Assembly (NCBI GenBank): GCA_963845515.1
Contig: CAWJSR010000006.1
Location: forward strand, 96,001 to 160,000
DNA length: 64,000 bases
Direction of reading: 5' to 3'
Source: an uncultured delta proteobacterium
GTDB lineage: Bacteria > Myxococcota > Myxococcia > Myxococcales > Anaeromyxobacteraceae
How positions within the stretch are numbered: the first letter of the stretch is position 1; each line of letters opens with the position of its first letter. The position numbers and the translations under genes are program-made. Under the pieces are notes generated by a model. That model was not told where the DNA came from. It made no database searches and was given only the letters and a program-made list of their open reading frames with translations. This document shows positions 41,880 through 53,037 of the stretch, in pieces.

Positions 41880-42062
41880 ACGCCCTGACCCGAGGTGGTG
41901 CGTAGCGCGCTACGCCGATCGGCAGGGACTGCGAAGCTCGCTACGCAGCAGGCGCAATATCGGCGCGAGGGTGTGCGCGATCGCCCGCTTTCGCTTGCCT
42001 CATTGGAAGCGGGCTGGCTATCTTCGCCGCTCACCTGAAGACGGGTAGCCGAGGCCTGACGA

Positions 42063-43625
42063 ATGCACGAGGCATTGGACCCCGATCCGCGGCGTGCGTT
42101 GCTCGATCGGCTCGACGATGAGGCCGAGAGGGGAGGCGGCGAGGATCGGATCCGCAGACAGCACGAGTCGGGAAAGCTGACCGCGCGCGAGCGGATCGGG
42201 AGGTTCTTCGATCCCGGCACCTTCGTCGAGCTGGACAAGCTCAAGACCCACCGCTGCACCGACTTCGGAATGCAGGACCAGAAGGTGTTCGGCGACGGCG
42301 TCGTCTCGGGCTACGGCCTCGTCGACGGCCGCAGGGTTTTCGCCTACGCGCAAGACTTCACCGTGTTCGGCGGGTCGCTCTCCGCCGCCATGGCCGAGAA
42401 GATCTGCAAGGTGATGGACCGGGCGATGACGGTCGGCTGCCCGATCGTGGGGCTGCACGACTCGGGCGGGGCCAGGATCCAGGAGGGCGTCGCCGCGCTC
42501 GCCGGGTACGCAGACATCTTCCTCCGCAACACGCGCGCCTCCGGGATGGTCCCGCAGATCTCGGTGATCATGGGCCCCTACGCGGGCGCCGCAGGCTTCG
42601 GCGCGGCCATCACCGACTTCATCTTCATGGTGAAGGACACCTCGCACATGTTCATCGCGAGCCCCGAGGTGATCCGGGGGGCGACGGGCGAGGAGGTCTC
42701 GAAGGAGGACCTCGGCGGCGCGAAGACCCACTCGAGCCGCTCGGGGATCGCCCACTTCGCCATGGACACGGAGGAGGGGACGCTCCAGGCGGTGCGCGAG
42801 CTCCTCTCCTTCCTGCCGTCCAACCCCACCGAGCCGCCGCCCGCCCGCGCCTGCGCCGACGACCCTGGCCGTGGCGACGACGTCCTCAAGACCATCGTCC
42901 CAGCCGATCCGGACGCTCCCTACGAGATGCGCGACGTCATCCGCGCCGTCGCCGACGACCGCAACTTCATGGAGGTCCACGAGACCTTCGCGCCGAACCT
43001 CGTGGTCGGCTTCGCCCGCCTCGGCGGCCGACCGGTGGGGATCGTGGCGAACCAGCCCGCGGCGCAGGACGGGGCGCTCGACGCCGACGCCTCCGTGAAG
43101 GGCGGCCGGTTCGTCCGCTTCTGCGACGCCTTCGGGATCCCGCTCCTCACGTTCGTCGACGTCCCCGGGTTCGTCCCCGCGACCGGCCAGGAGTGGGGCG
43201 GCGTCCTCCGCCACGGCGCGAAGCTGCTCTACGCGTACGCGGAGTCGACCGTCCCGAAGGTCACGGTCATCACGCGCAAGGCTTACGGCGGCGCGTACGC
43301 CCTGATGGCGTCGAAGCACCTGCGGGCCGACGTGAACATGGCCTGGATCACCGCGGAGATCGCCGTGATGGCCCCGGACGGCGCGGTGAACATCATCTTC
43401 CGCAAGGAGATCCAGGCGGCCAGGGATCCCACCTCCGAGCGGGCTCGGCTCATCCAGGACTACCGGGACCGGTACGCGAACCCCTACAAGGCCGCCGAGC
43501 TCGGCTACGTCGACTCCGTCATCAAGCCCGAGCAGACCCGCCTTCGCGTCATCCGTGCCTTCGAGATGCTGCGAACCAAGCGGCTGGAACGCCCGCCGCG
43601 CAAGCACGGCAACATCCCGCTCTAG
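42063..43625 (+). CDS. pccB: Acyl-CoA carboxylase carboxyltransferase (PccB-like)
   Basis: [48 protein letters not shown] and RKHGNIPL. Confidence 0.85.
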   Translation: MHEALDPDPRRALLDRLDDEAERGGGEDRIRRQHESGKLTARERIGRFFDPGTFVELDKLKTHRCTDFGMQDQKVFGDGVVSGYGLVDGRRVFAYAQDFTVFGGSLSAAMAEKICKVMDRAMTVGCPIVGLHDSGGARIQEGVAALAGYADIFLRNTRASGMVPQISVIMGPYAGAAGFGAAITDFIFMVKDTSHMFIASPEVIRGATGEEVSKEDLGGAKTHSSRSGIAHFAMDTEEGTLQAVRELLSFLPSNPTEPPPARACADDPGRGDDVLKTIVPADPDAPYEMRDVIRAVADDRNFMEVHETFAPNLVVGFARLGGRPVGIVANQPAAQDGALDADASVKGGRFVRFCDAFGIPLLTFVDVPGFVPATGQEWGGVLRHGAKLLYAYAESTVPKVTVITRKAYGGAYALMASKHLRADVNMAWITAEIAVMAPDGAVNIIFRKEIQAARDPTSERARLIQDYRDRYANPYKAAELGYVDSVIKPEQTRLRVIRAFEMLRTKRLERPPRKHGNIPL

Positions 43626-43689
43626 GGCCCGCCAACTTCCCCCCTTCGAAGCTTTCGTCGCAAGAGTATTCCCAGGAGGAATCGACCGC

Positions 43690-45414
43690 ATGTCCACGAA
43701 GCCGATCAAGCCGACGCTGACCAACCCGCTGGATCCCCTCGAGAAGGTCGAGTTCAACATCCCGGGTGAGATCTCCCGCACCACCGGCCGCTACGAGGAG
43801 GTGATGAGGGAGGGGCACGATCTCATCCAGCGCCCGATCCGCTCGGTCGCGATCGACCAGATCGAGAAGCAGCACTTCAAGAAGCGGATGACGGTCTGGG
43901 AGCGGATCAAGGTCCTGTCGGACAAGGAGCCGAACGTCCTCTACCAGAACTGGGGCAAGAACCTGGACGGCGCCTCGCTCGTGACGGCCATCCTCAACAT
44001 CGGGGGGCGTGACGTGGCGGTCTACGGCCACGACTTCACCGTCCGCGCGGGCTCCATCGACGCGACGAACGGCAACAAGCTGGCGCGGCTCTTCTACCTG
44101 GCGGGCGAGAAGGGGATCCCGCTCATCGGGATGAACGACTCGGCCGGCGCGTTCGTGCCTGCGGGCGTCGGCGGCCTCGACGGCTACGCCGAGGCGTTCA
44201 CGGCGCTCCGCAAGATCTCCGGCGTCGTCCCGTCGATCATGTGCATGTTCGGCTTCAACGCCGGCGGCGGCTCGTACCTGCCCCGGCAGGGCAGCTTCGT
44301 GATCCAGCCCAACGACACCTTCTTCGGCCTCACCGGCCCCGGCGTCGTGAAGAGCGTCCTCGGCGAGGACATCACCCCCGAGGAGCTGGGCGGCCCGAAG
44401 GTCCACGGCGGCTCCGGCGTGGCCGACCTCACCGTCATGGACGAGCTGGCCGCGCTCCGCCAGGCGGTCCGCCTGCTCGGCTACATCCCCGACAACAACT
44501 CCCAGCTCGCGCCCTTCCAGGAGACGACCGACCCGCTCGACCGGAAGACCTGGGAGATCAACACGCTCCTCAAGAAGGCCTTCAACTCGTCGACCGGGTT
44601 CAACACCCCCTTCGACGTGTCGATCGTCATCCAGCAGGTCTGCGACCACGGCGACTACTACGAGCTGCAGCCCGAGCGCGCCCGCGAGGTGGTCACCGCC
44701 TTCGGCAGGCTCGGCGGCCACGTCGTCGGCTTCGTCGCCAACAACAGCGCCGTCTCCTCCGGCCAGATCGACTGCGACTCCGCGGTGAAGATCGCGAGGT
44801 TCGTCCGCTTCTGCAACATCTACAACATCCCGATCATCTTCATGGAGGACACGACCGGCTTCCTCCCCGGTCGCGAGCAGGAGGCGCGCGGCATCGTCCA
44901 GGCCGGCCGCTCGATGCTCGACTCGATCGTCGACGTGCGGACGCCGCGCATCCTGCTCATCCTGCGCAACGCGTTCGGTGGCGCGTACGCGTCCTACAAC
45001 AACTACCCGACCGGCGCCGACCTGGTGCTCGCGCTCCCGACGACGCGGCTCGCCGTGATGGGGCCCGCGGGCAAGGAGTTCGTCTACAAGGACGAGCTCA
45101 GGAAGATGCGCGGCCAGGCTGCCGAGCTGCTCAAGAAGGGGCTCCAGACCCGCACGGCGGCGGGGATGGAGGGCGGCGCCGCGAAGAAGGACGCCGAGAA
45201 GGAGGCGGGCGACTGGCTCAAGGCCCAGGAGGCCGCGCTCAACCAGCGCTACGAGAAGGAGCTGATGAACCCGAAGGAAGGGCTCTCGCTCGGCTCCATC
45301 TCCTCGATCGTGATGCCGACGGATCTGCGCAAGGTCCTCGGCGAGAACATGCAGTTCCTCCTCCGTCACTACAAGGCGTCGCCGATGGGCGGCCCTCAGC
45401 GGGAGTTCCACTAG
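43690..45414 (+). CDS. Second acyl-CoA carboxylase carboxyltransferase subunit
   Basis: ATG at 43690 after [35 protein letters not shown] and NAFGGAY motifs. Confidence 0.88.
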   Translation: MSTKPIKPTLTNPLDPLEKVEFNIPGEISRTTGRYEEVMREGHDLIQRPIRSVAIDQIEKQHFKKRMTVWERIKVLSDKEPNVLYQNWGKNLDGASLVTAILNIGGRDVAVYGHDFTVRAGSIDATNGNKLARLFYLAGEKGIPLIGMNDSAGAFVPAGVGGLDGYAEAFTALRKISGVVPSIMCMFGFNAGGGSYLPRQGSFVIQPNDTFFGLTGPGVVKSVLGEDITPEELGGPKVHGGSGVADLTVMDELAALRQAVRLLGYIPDNNSQLAPFQETTDPLDRKTWEINTLLKKAFNSSTGFNTPFDVSIVIQQVCDHGDYYELQPERAREVVTAFGRLGGHVVGFVANNSAVSSGQIDCDSAVKIARFVRFCNIYNIPIIFMEDTTGFLPGREQEARGIVQAGRSMLDSIVDVRTPRILLILRNAFGGAYASYNNYPTGADLVLALPTTRLAVMGPAGKEFVYKDELRKMRGQAAELLKKGLQTRTAAGMEGGAAKKDAEKEAGDWLKAQEAALNQRYEKELMNPKEGLSLGSISSIVMPTDLRKVLGENMQFLLRHYKASPMGGPQREFH

Positions 45415-45462
45415 GCCATGCGGCTTCCCCCTTCCAAGACCCAGGACCAGAGAGAGACCCAA

Positions 45463-48354
45463 ATGGCGCAGCCCATCGACTGGTACAAGGACAACCCGCT
45501 CACGCACCGCGATCGCCGCCTGGGAAAGGCGTCGTCCGCGTGGGTGAGATCGTTCGCCTGCGAGGATCTCAAGCCGCTCGTCGTCTGCCGCGGCCCGATC
45601 CGCAAGGAGGCGATGGACGTGTTCGACGAGATGGGGATCTCCCACTACGGGATCCTCCTCTCCGAGAAGGACTCGATCGTCTACCCGAACGCGCTCGCCC
45701 CCGAGCTGCGCCAGCTCACCGACACCAGCCGCGTCCACCGCGTGCCCGACTACTCCGGCGCGAGCAAGGAGGAGCGGGTCGAGCGGATGAACCAGATCGT
45801 CCAGATCGCCAGGGACAATGGCTATGACTCGGTCTTCGCCGGGTACGGCTTCATGGCGGAGGACGAGGAGTTCGTCGCCACCGTCGAGGGCGCTGGGCTC
45901 AAGTTCATCGGCCCCAACTCGAAGGTCCAGGCGCGCGCCGGCAAGAAGGACGAGGCGAAGCGGACGGCGCTCGAGGTGAAGGTCAGCGTCACCCCCGGCA
46001 TCAACAACGTCACGGCCCGCACGCTCGTGCACAAGCACAAGACCCGCGAGGCGCTCGTGGCGCTGTGCAAGGCGAACGGCCTCGCCTGCGACGAGAAGGT
46101 CCTCGCCAACGCGAAGGTCCAGCTCGAGGACCTGGCCGACCACATCCTCATGGCGTCCTACGCGAAGGGGATCGACCTCTACTCCATCGACGAGCTCGGC
46201 GAGCAGGTCGAGCGCGAGGTCAAGGAGATGTTCAAGAAGCACCCGAACTCCCGGGTGCGCCTGAAGGCGATCGGCGGCGGCGGCGGGAAGGGGCAGCGCA
46301 TCCTCGGCGCCTCGCTCCTCACCGCGAAGAACGCCGACGACAAGGCGATCGCCGCTGCCGCCGCCGAGGCGCCGGGCCTGACGCGCGAGACGCTGAACGA
46401 GGTGAAGGCGACTGGCGTCGGCGACAACAAGAACGTCCTCATCGAGCTCAACATCGAGCAGACGCGCCACAACGAGATCCAGCTCGTCGGCAACGGGAAG
46501 TGGTGCGTCGCCCTCGGCGGCCGCGACTGCTCGCTGCAGATGCACGAGCAGAAGCTCCTGGAGGTCTCGGTCACGCAGGAGGGGCTCCTCGCCGCGATCG
46601 GCTCGGCGGAGAAGGCGGGCAGGGCGGCGGAGGCGACGTCGCTGCGCACCGACCTCGAGACGCTCAAGCGGATGGAGGACGACGCCGCCCGCTTCGGCGC
46701 CGCGGTGGGGCTCGACTCGGCCTCGACGTTCGAGTGCATCGTCGACCGCGACCGGTACTACTTCATGGAGGTCAACACCCGCATCCAGGTGGAGCACCGG
46801 GTCACCGAGCTCTGCTACGGCCTCCAGTTCACCAACCCGGAGGACAAGGACGACTCGTTCGTCGTCGAGTCCCTGGTCGAGGCGATGGCGCTCATCGCGC
46901 GCCATGGGCCCCGGCTCCCCAAGCCCGCGCGCGTGTCGCGCTTCCCGGCCTCAGTCGAGGCGCGCCTCAACGCCACCGACGCGTCGCTCTCGCCGCACGC
47001 CGGCGGCCTCATCCGTCACTGGTCCAGGCCCATCGAGGGCGAGATCCGCGATGACCAGGGGATCAGCCTGCCGAACCCGGACACCGGCATGTTCATGCGG
47101 TACCGGGTCGCCGGCGCCTACGACTCCAACATCGCGCTCCTCCTGACCAAGGGGGCCGACCGGCAGGAGAGCTACGAGCACCTCTCCCGCGTGCTGGGCC
47201 AGACCAGCCTGCGCGGCATCATGCTGGCCACCAACCTCGAGTTCCACTACGGCCTGGTCAACTGGTTCCTCGGCCACAACGTGATGGCGAAGCCGACCAC
47301 CCGCTTCGTGGTCCCGTACCTGACGCTGGTCGGGAGGCTCAAGGAGGAGTGCAACAAGATCGACTCGACGTACGCCTTCCTCGAGATGAAGAAGCAGTAC
47401 GCCAAGCAGGTCGCGGCGATTGCTCCCGACGACGCCTCCCTCGCGAAGGCGATGTCCGAGGTGCTCGACCGCAAGGGCACGCTGCTCACGCGCCCCATCG
47501 AGCGGCTGCTCGAGGACCCGCACCTGCTTGCGGGCTGGCTCAGCATCAACCGCAAGAACTACAAGCTCGAGAACGGCAAGCTGGTCTGGATCCGCAACCC
47601 GCTCGGCGTGCTCCACGACACGTACGAGTACCTGAACATGCAGTGGGACCCGAAGGCGCCGGCGTCGGACGTGATCTGGCAGCACGACCACGAGCTGCTG
47701 CAGAAGTCGATCCGATTCTACGCCGACCTGCGCAAGACCTTCGGCCTGAAGAAGTCCGAGTTCTACAAGCTCAACGACCTCCTCAAGCTCGAGGCGCCGC
47801 AGGGTGGGTACTCGGCCGAGCTCTGGGCGCAGATCCGCGCGGCGCACCTCGGCTACGAGGCCGGGAACGAGCTGCTCGGGCTCCTCTTCATGGTCGCGGA
47901 GGCGGCGAAGTTCTTCGACTTCAAGGTCGAGGAGAACCTGGACGTCACGATCCCCGACTACCTCAACGATCCGGATCTCCAGGCCCGCATGAAGAAGATC
48001 CTGGTCCCGCCGCCCGCCACCAAGGCCGACGAGATCGTCGCGGTGTGCGGAGGCATGTACTACGCCCAGGAGGCGCCCGGTAAGCCGCCCTTCATCGCGG
48101 AGGGGATGCACTTCGAGAAGGGGCAGTCGCTCTACATCATCGAGGTGATGAAGATGTTCAACACCGTCCGCGCGGCGTTCTCCGGGACGATCGACAAGAT
48201 CGTCATCCAGGGGCCCGACGGCACGATCGTCCAGAAGGGGCAGCCACTCTTCAAGATCACCCCCGACGAGCGGTTCGTCGAGGTCGATCCCAAGGAGATC
48301 GAGAAGCTGCGCCGCGGGAGGACCAGCGAGTTCCTGAAGGCCGTGCTGGCCTAA
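45463..48354 (+). CDS. Biotin carboxylase-biotin carboxyl carrier fusion (acyl-CoA carboxylase alpha)
   Basis: AGYGFMAE, KAIGGGGGKG, RDCSLQ, FMEVNTRIQVEH and EARLNA motifs; biotinylation site EVMKM near the C-terminus. Confidence 0.9.
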   Translation: MAQPIDWYKDNPLTHRDRRLGKASSAWVRSFACEDLKPLVVCRGPIRKEAMDVFDEMGISHYGILLSEKDSIVYPNALAPELRQLTDTSRVHRVPDYSGASKEERVERMNQIVQIARDNGYDSVFAGYGFMAEDEEFVATVEGAGLKFIGPNSKVQARAGKKDEAKRTALEVKVSVTPGINNVTARTLVHKHKTREALVALCKANGLACDEKVLANAKVQLEDLADHILMASYAKGIDLYSIDELGEQVEREVKEMFKKHPNSRVRLKAIGGGGGKGQRILGASLLTAKNADDKAIAAAAAEAPGLTRETLNEVKATGVGDNKNVLIELNIEQTRHNEIQLVGNGKWCVALGGRDCSLQMHEQKLLEVSVTQEGLLAAIGSAEKAGRAAEATSLRTDLETLKRMEDDAARFGAAVGLDSASTFECIVDRDRYYFMEVNTRIQVEHRVTELCYGLQFTNPEDKDDSFVVESLVEAMALIARHGPRLPKPARVSRFPASVEARLNATDASLSPHAGGLIRHWSRPIEGEIRDDQGISLPNPDTGMFMRYRVAGAYDSNIALLLTKGADRQESYEHLSRVLGQTSLRGIMLATNLEFHYGLVNWFLGHNVMAKPTTRFVVPYLTLVGRLKEECNKIDSTYAFLEMKKQYAKQVAAIAPDDASLAKAMSEVLDRKGTLLTRPIERLLEDPHLLAGWLSINRKNYKLENGKLVWIRNPLGVLHDTYEYLNMQWDPKAPASDVIWQHDHELLQKSIRFYADLRKTFGLKKSEFYKLNDLLKLEAPQGGYSAELWAQIRAAHLGYEAGNELLGLLFMVAEAAKFFDFKVEENLDVTIPDYLNDPDLQARMKKILVPPPATKADEIVAVCGGMYYAQEAPGKPPFIAEGMHFEKGQSLYIIEVMKMFNTVRAAFSGTIDKIVIQGPDGTIVQKGQPLFKITPDERFVEVDPKEIEKLRRGRTSEFLKAVLA

Positions 48355-48383
48355 CCCGGTCATCGAGCAGCCGCAGCACCCCC

Positions 48384-48423
48384 GCACCCCGCCTCTCCGG
48401 AACCTGCCGGGGACGCGGGGTGC
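48384..48423. terminator. Hairpin downstream of the carboxylase operon
   Basis: gcaccccgc-ctctccgg pairs with ccgggga-c-gcggggtgc. Confidence 0.45.
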
Positions 48424-48547
48424 AGCCGTTCTGGGGAGGGCGGCAGGCGCACAGAGTCCGACGCCGGCCACGCCCGCCCACGTCCACCTTCGTGACGAAA
48501 CCCGTCGGTGTCACACGTGAAAAACTGCAGCACGTCCGGCGCGTCCT

Positions 48548-48706
48548 TCACACCTCGATCACGACGCGCGTGCGGGGTGGCTCGCTGGGCGGCGGCGGCT
48601 CGGGGCGGGGTCCTGGCTCGATCTCCAAGCGAGTGCGCCTATCTGGCTCGCGCTCCCGGCGGCGCCGCTCGCTCTCGATCCTCTCGATGATCCATGGAGG
48701 CAGCAT
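48548..48706 (-). CDS. Small 52-aa protein (not in the ORF track)
   Basis: GGGAGG 5 nt before the ATG at 48706. Sequence MLPPWIIERIESERRRREREPDRRTRLEIEPGPRPEPPPPSEPPRTRVVIEV; sigma54 motif upstream. Confidence 0.7.
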   Translation of the reverse strand: MLPPWIIERIESERRRREREPDRRTRLEIEPGPRPEPPPPSEPPRTRVVIEV

Positions 48707-48755
48707 CTGGACCTCCCGCGGTAGGACCTGCTCCTTCGCTTACACCCATTGACTC

Positions 48756-48772
48756 TGCAATCAGGACGCCAA
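48756..48772 (-). promoter_or_regulatory. Sigma54 (-24/-12) promoter
   Basis: Minus strand reads TTGGCGTCCTGATTGCA, i.e. TGGC-N7-TTGCA. Confidence 0.65.
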
Positions 48773-48918
48773 CCCCCCGCCCGTTGTTCACCCTCACCGG
48801 AGAGAGGCCGCCCACGGCCGCCTTGTGACGGCGCGCACAGACCCCTGGGTCCGGCTCGGCACAAACCAGCCCGAGCGTCCCCTCGGCCATGTACACTCCA
48901 CGTCACCTTGGGGGCTCC

Positions 48919-51900
48919 ATGAATAGGACTCTGGTCGCTGCGATCCTGGTGCTGACGGCGTGCTCCAAGCCCATCGGTTCGGGCGGCGGCGCCGCGAGCT
49001 GCACGGTGACGGGCTGTCAGGCGGGCTACACGTGCAACGTCTCCACCGGCGTCTGCGTGGCCGACGGCGGGACCGGCTGCGTCGTGGCGGGCTACTGCCC
49101 GGCTGGCTACACGTGCAACGCCACCTCCGGCATCTGCGTGCCCGACGTCGCGTGCGTCCAGGCCGACTGCCCCTCCGGCACCTGGTGCGACAAGTACACC
49201 GAGCAGTGCAGCTCGGCGCCGTACTGCGCCGACGCGACCGACTGCCCACCGGCCTGGAGCTGCAACGGCTCACATCAGTGCGAGGATCCGCTAGCGGTCT
49301 CCTGCGTCGACCTGCGCGACTGCCCGGTCGGCCGGCTCTGCGAGCCCTCGACCGACAAGTGCGTCCAGGCGATCACCTGCAGCACGAGCTACCCGTGTCC
49401 CTACGGGGCCGAGTGCGTCTCCGGCCTCTGCGCGCGGCTCCCCGCAGGCGAGTGCATCCGCCAGGGCGACTGCTTCACGGCGGGGGATCGCTGCGTCTCC
49501 GGCCTCTGCGTCGGCTGCGCGACCACCGGCGCCGCGTGCACCGGCGCCCTGGAGGCGTGCGACGCGGCCACCAACACCTGCCGCGCCTGCACCAGCACCG
49601 CCGAGTGTCCGGCGGGGCTCGTCTGCACCCCGGACGGCTGCGCCGAGTGCGCGACCAGCGCCGACTGCGCGCCCTATCCCAACCGGCCGACGTGCGTCCT
49701 CAAGACCTACGGAGGGCGGACGCGCCCAGGGCTGGGCGCTGCCAGGAGTGCGTCGACGGCGCGCCCAACACCTGCGGCGCCTCGGCTGGCTGCGCCACCT
49801 ACGGCCAGTTCTGTTCTCCGTGGGGGAGCTGCGCCAGCGACGCCGACTGCTCGGGGGCGACTCCGCGCTGCGCCGCCGTTTCCGAGGGGAACTCCTACTG
49901 CGGCCGCTGCGCGGTCGACGCGCACTGCCCCGCGGGGCAGGGTTGCCGCTGGGGAGAGTGCCACGTCTTCCCGCCGGGGGATCGGTGCCAGGAGCCGATC
50001 CCGCTCGCGCTCGCCTCGCCGCGCACCGACCTCGCCGTGAGCCTGGCCGGGTTCGGGTGGGAGGATCCGACCGAGTGGGGGTCCTACGACGCCTACTTCC
50101 GCTTCACGCTCACCGAGCCGACGAGGCTCGTCATCGACGGGCGAAGCGCCGGCGCCTGGTTCGACGGGTCCCTGCGGCTCTACAGCGACGGCTGCGCCGG
50201 GCTGGTCGGCCGGCACACCATCGGCGTGCTCAGCTACAACCCCCCGTACAGCATCTATTACCCTGCGTGGACCGTCTACCTCCCCGCCGGAACCTGGGTG
50301 CTGGCCCTCGAGGGCGCCGCCAAGCCGGAGTACGTCCTGTCGATCGAGAAGACCCCGAGCACCCTCGCGGCCGGGCAGGCCTGCTGGAACCCGATCCCCA
50401 TCGTCCAGAGCCCCACGGGCTCGAGCGTCACCGGCTCGACCGACGGCCTCCTGGCCACCTTCGGCGACGTGTGCAGCGTCGACGCCTGGGACTGGACGGC
50501 GCGCACGGCCGTCTACTCGCTCGACCTCGCCGCGCCGTCCTACGTCTCGCTCACGGCGACGCCGCTCGACGCGGCGCTCAACCTCGACCTCGACGTGAAG
50601 GACGCCTGCGCCGTGACCGCGCCCAGGACGTGCAACTACACCGCGGGCCAGGCGGTGACGCGGACGTTCGCGCCGATGCCGGCCGGTCTCCACTACGTCG
50701 TCGTGGACGCGCAGAAGAACACCAACGGCCAGTACCGGCTCGACGCGACGGTCGTCCCGTGGTCGGCGAACGACCTCTGCGCGGACGCGGTGCCGCTCGA
50801 CCTCTGACGCGGCGGGACGGCGCTGGAGACAGGGACCGTCGGCCCCAACACCTCGACGCCGAGCGCCCCGAGCGCGTACTGCGGCGTGCTCGGCGGCAAC
50901 GACGTCTTCTACCGCTTCACCACCGTGGCGGACCAGCGGCTCGACGTCCAGGTGAGCGGGGACGGGACCTGGCAGCCCCGGCGTGTCGGTCCGACCGGCC
51001 TGCGACGCGGCGAGCGGCGCTGTCTGCGCGCTCGCGATCGGCGGTGGCGCCACGGCCGCGGCGAGCGTGGACATCCTGCCTCCCGGCGAATGGATCGTGC
51101 AGGTCGCGGCGTCGACCAGCCCGTATGGCGGACCCTTCACGCTCCAGGTCGCGCTGTCGGCGCCCAACTACCCGGTCCAGACCAACGATACGTGCGCTAC
51201 CACGACGGTGCTCACCGAGGGTTATTCGGTCGACGGCGACACGCGCGGCGTGGCGGACGACGTCTCGGGCGCCTGCGGCGCGGAAGCCACCGGGTCCGGC
51301 AAGGACCTCGCCTACTCGTTCACCGCGCCGTCGCGGGGCGCCTACCGGGCCACCTTGTCGACCTCGCCGTCCACCCCCGGCTTCAAGCCGGTCGTGAGGG
51401 CGCGCGCGGACTGTGGCGCCACGGCGGAGCTGACTTGCGACGTCGCCTCGGCAGCCGGCCTGGGGGCGTGGCTGCCGGCGGTCTACCTGGAGGGGGGCGC
51501 CTCGGTCGTCACCTGGGTGGACGGCGCCGACGGCACCGCGGGGGCCTTCACCCTCGTCCCGAGCTTCACCGCGGCCCCCGCCAACGATCTCTGCTCGGCC
51601 GCGACGGTGGTCGGGTCCACTTACAACGCCATGACGATCAACGTGCAGGGGACGGTCGAGCCGGCGTTCGCGGACGGGACCTGCCCCGGCGCCGAGGGGC
51701 CCGACGTCTTCTTCAAGATGCTCGTGCCGAACGGGCGCTGGGACGTGATGGTGACCGTGGACCCCAGCGGCTACTTCCAGCCGGCCGTCGCCTACTACGG
51801 CGGAAGCTGCGGCGCGGCGTGCGCGGCGAGCGCAGTCGCACCTTCCCCGGGGGCCAACGCCGTGCTGGGCCCGGTCTCGCTCAACGGCTCCGGCTACTTC

Positions 51901-51960
51901 GGGGTCTCGTCGGTCGACGGAGGCCGCGGCTCCCTCAACCTCATCGTCACGTTCCAGTAA
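48919..51960 (+). CDS. Large Cys-rich lipoprotein with repeated PPC-like beta domains (about three frameshifts)
   Basis: Lipobox MNRTLVAAILVLTAC, then many C...DCP.G..C....C repeats. (N/G)D.C..A..L...D..Y.F modules follow across ORFs 48889, 48960, 50886 and 50983. Confidence 0.75.
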
Positions 51961-51989
51961 ACCGGCCCGCCGCCCAGCGCCCGGGAACG

Positions 51990-52026
51990 AAGAAGCCCGG
52001 CTCCCTCGCGAGGGCCGGGCTCTTTC
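51990..52026. terminator. Bidirectional terminator between convergent genes
   Basis: aagaagcccggctccct-cgcg-agggccgggctctttc. Confidence 0.65.
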
Positions 52027-52049
52027 GCCAATCGGCGAGTCGACGCGAG

Positions 52050-52253
52050 CTAGATCTTGCGGACGTTCTGGGCCTGCAGCCCCTTCGGCCCCTTCACGAC
52101 CTCGAACTCGACCTTCTGCCCCTCGGCGAGGCTCTTGAAGCCGTCGCCCTGGACGGCGCTGTAGTGGCAGAAGACGTCCTCACCACCGCTGTCCTGGGTG
52201 ATGAAGCCGAAGCCCTTCGCGTCGTTGAACCACTTCACGGTGCCAGTAGCCAT
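52050..52253 (-). CDS. Cold-shock protein (CspA family)
   Basis: [18 protein letters not shown]...DVFCHYS...[10 protein letters not shown] (RNP1/RNP2). Confidence 0.95.
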   Translation of the reverse strand: MATGTVKWFNDAKGFGFITQDSGGEDVFCHYSAVQGDGFKSLAEGQKVEFEVVKGPKGLQAQNVRKI

Positions 52254-52429
52254 GCACTTCTCTCTTGTCTGTTCGACCCGCCGGATGACGATCGGCCCGC
52301 CCAGACGCACCGGCGGGCACCAGAATTCTTATACGAATCGTCATGCCGCTGGAAGTGCCAGCCGAGGGGCCTCAGCGGGGATCGCCGGATCGTGGTGTAG
52401 CAAAACCTTGAGGCAGCGAGGGAGGGGGG

Positions 52430-53037
52430 GATCGAGGACCGGCATCGACCGCGGGGTCGTCTTCCAGGACTACTCGCTGTTCCCTGGCTGGGCGTCGGCC
52501 GGCATGAGTCGCGCTCGAGCAGGCGTTTCCGGGCAAGCGAGGCGCCGAGCGACGGGCGTTGGCCGAGGAGTACCTGGAGCTGGTGGGGCTCCCGGGCGTC
52601 TACCAGAAGCTGCCCGGTCAGCTCTCTGGCGGGATGCGGCAGCGGGCCGCCATCGCCAGGGCCTTCGCGGTCGACGCGCCGGTCCTGCTGATGGACGAGC
52701 CGTTCGGCGCCTCGACGCGATCACCCGGGCGCGGCTCCAGGACCTGCTCCTCGACCTGTGGCATCAGGGCGGCGCAGAGCGGCGGAAGACGATCCTCTTC
52801 GTCACGCACGACGTGGAGGAGGCGCTCCTGCTGGCGGGGAGGGTCGTCGTGCTCGGGTCCAGGCCGGGACGGATACGGGAGACGGTCGAGATCGACCTGC
52901 CACGACCCCGCGTCAGGGGCCAGCTCTTCACGCACAAGGAGTACCAGGGGCTGCGCGATCGCCTCCTGGCGCTCCTCCACGAGGACGTGCTGCAGGCGCT
53001 CGTCCCCAACGTCGGGTCACCGGGAGAATGCATATGA
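52430..53037 (+). pseudogene. NitT/TauT-family ABC ATPase, 5'-truncated (no Walker A) and frameshifted
   Basis: Begins at [31 protein letters not shown] and FVTHDVEEA are present in different frames; no start or Walker A upstream. Confidence 0.75.
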
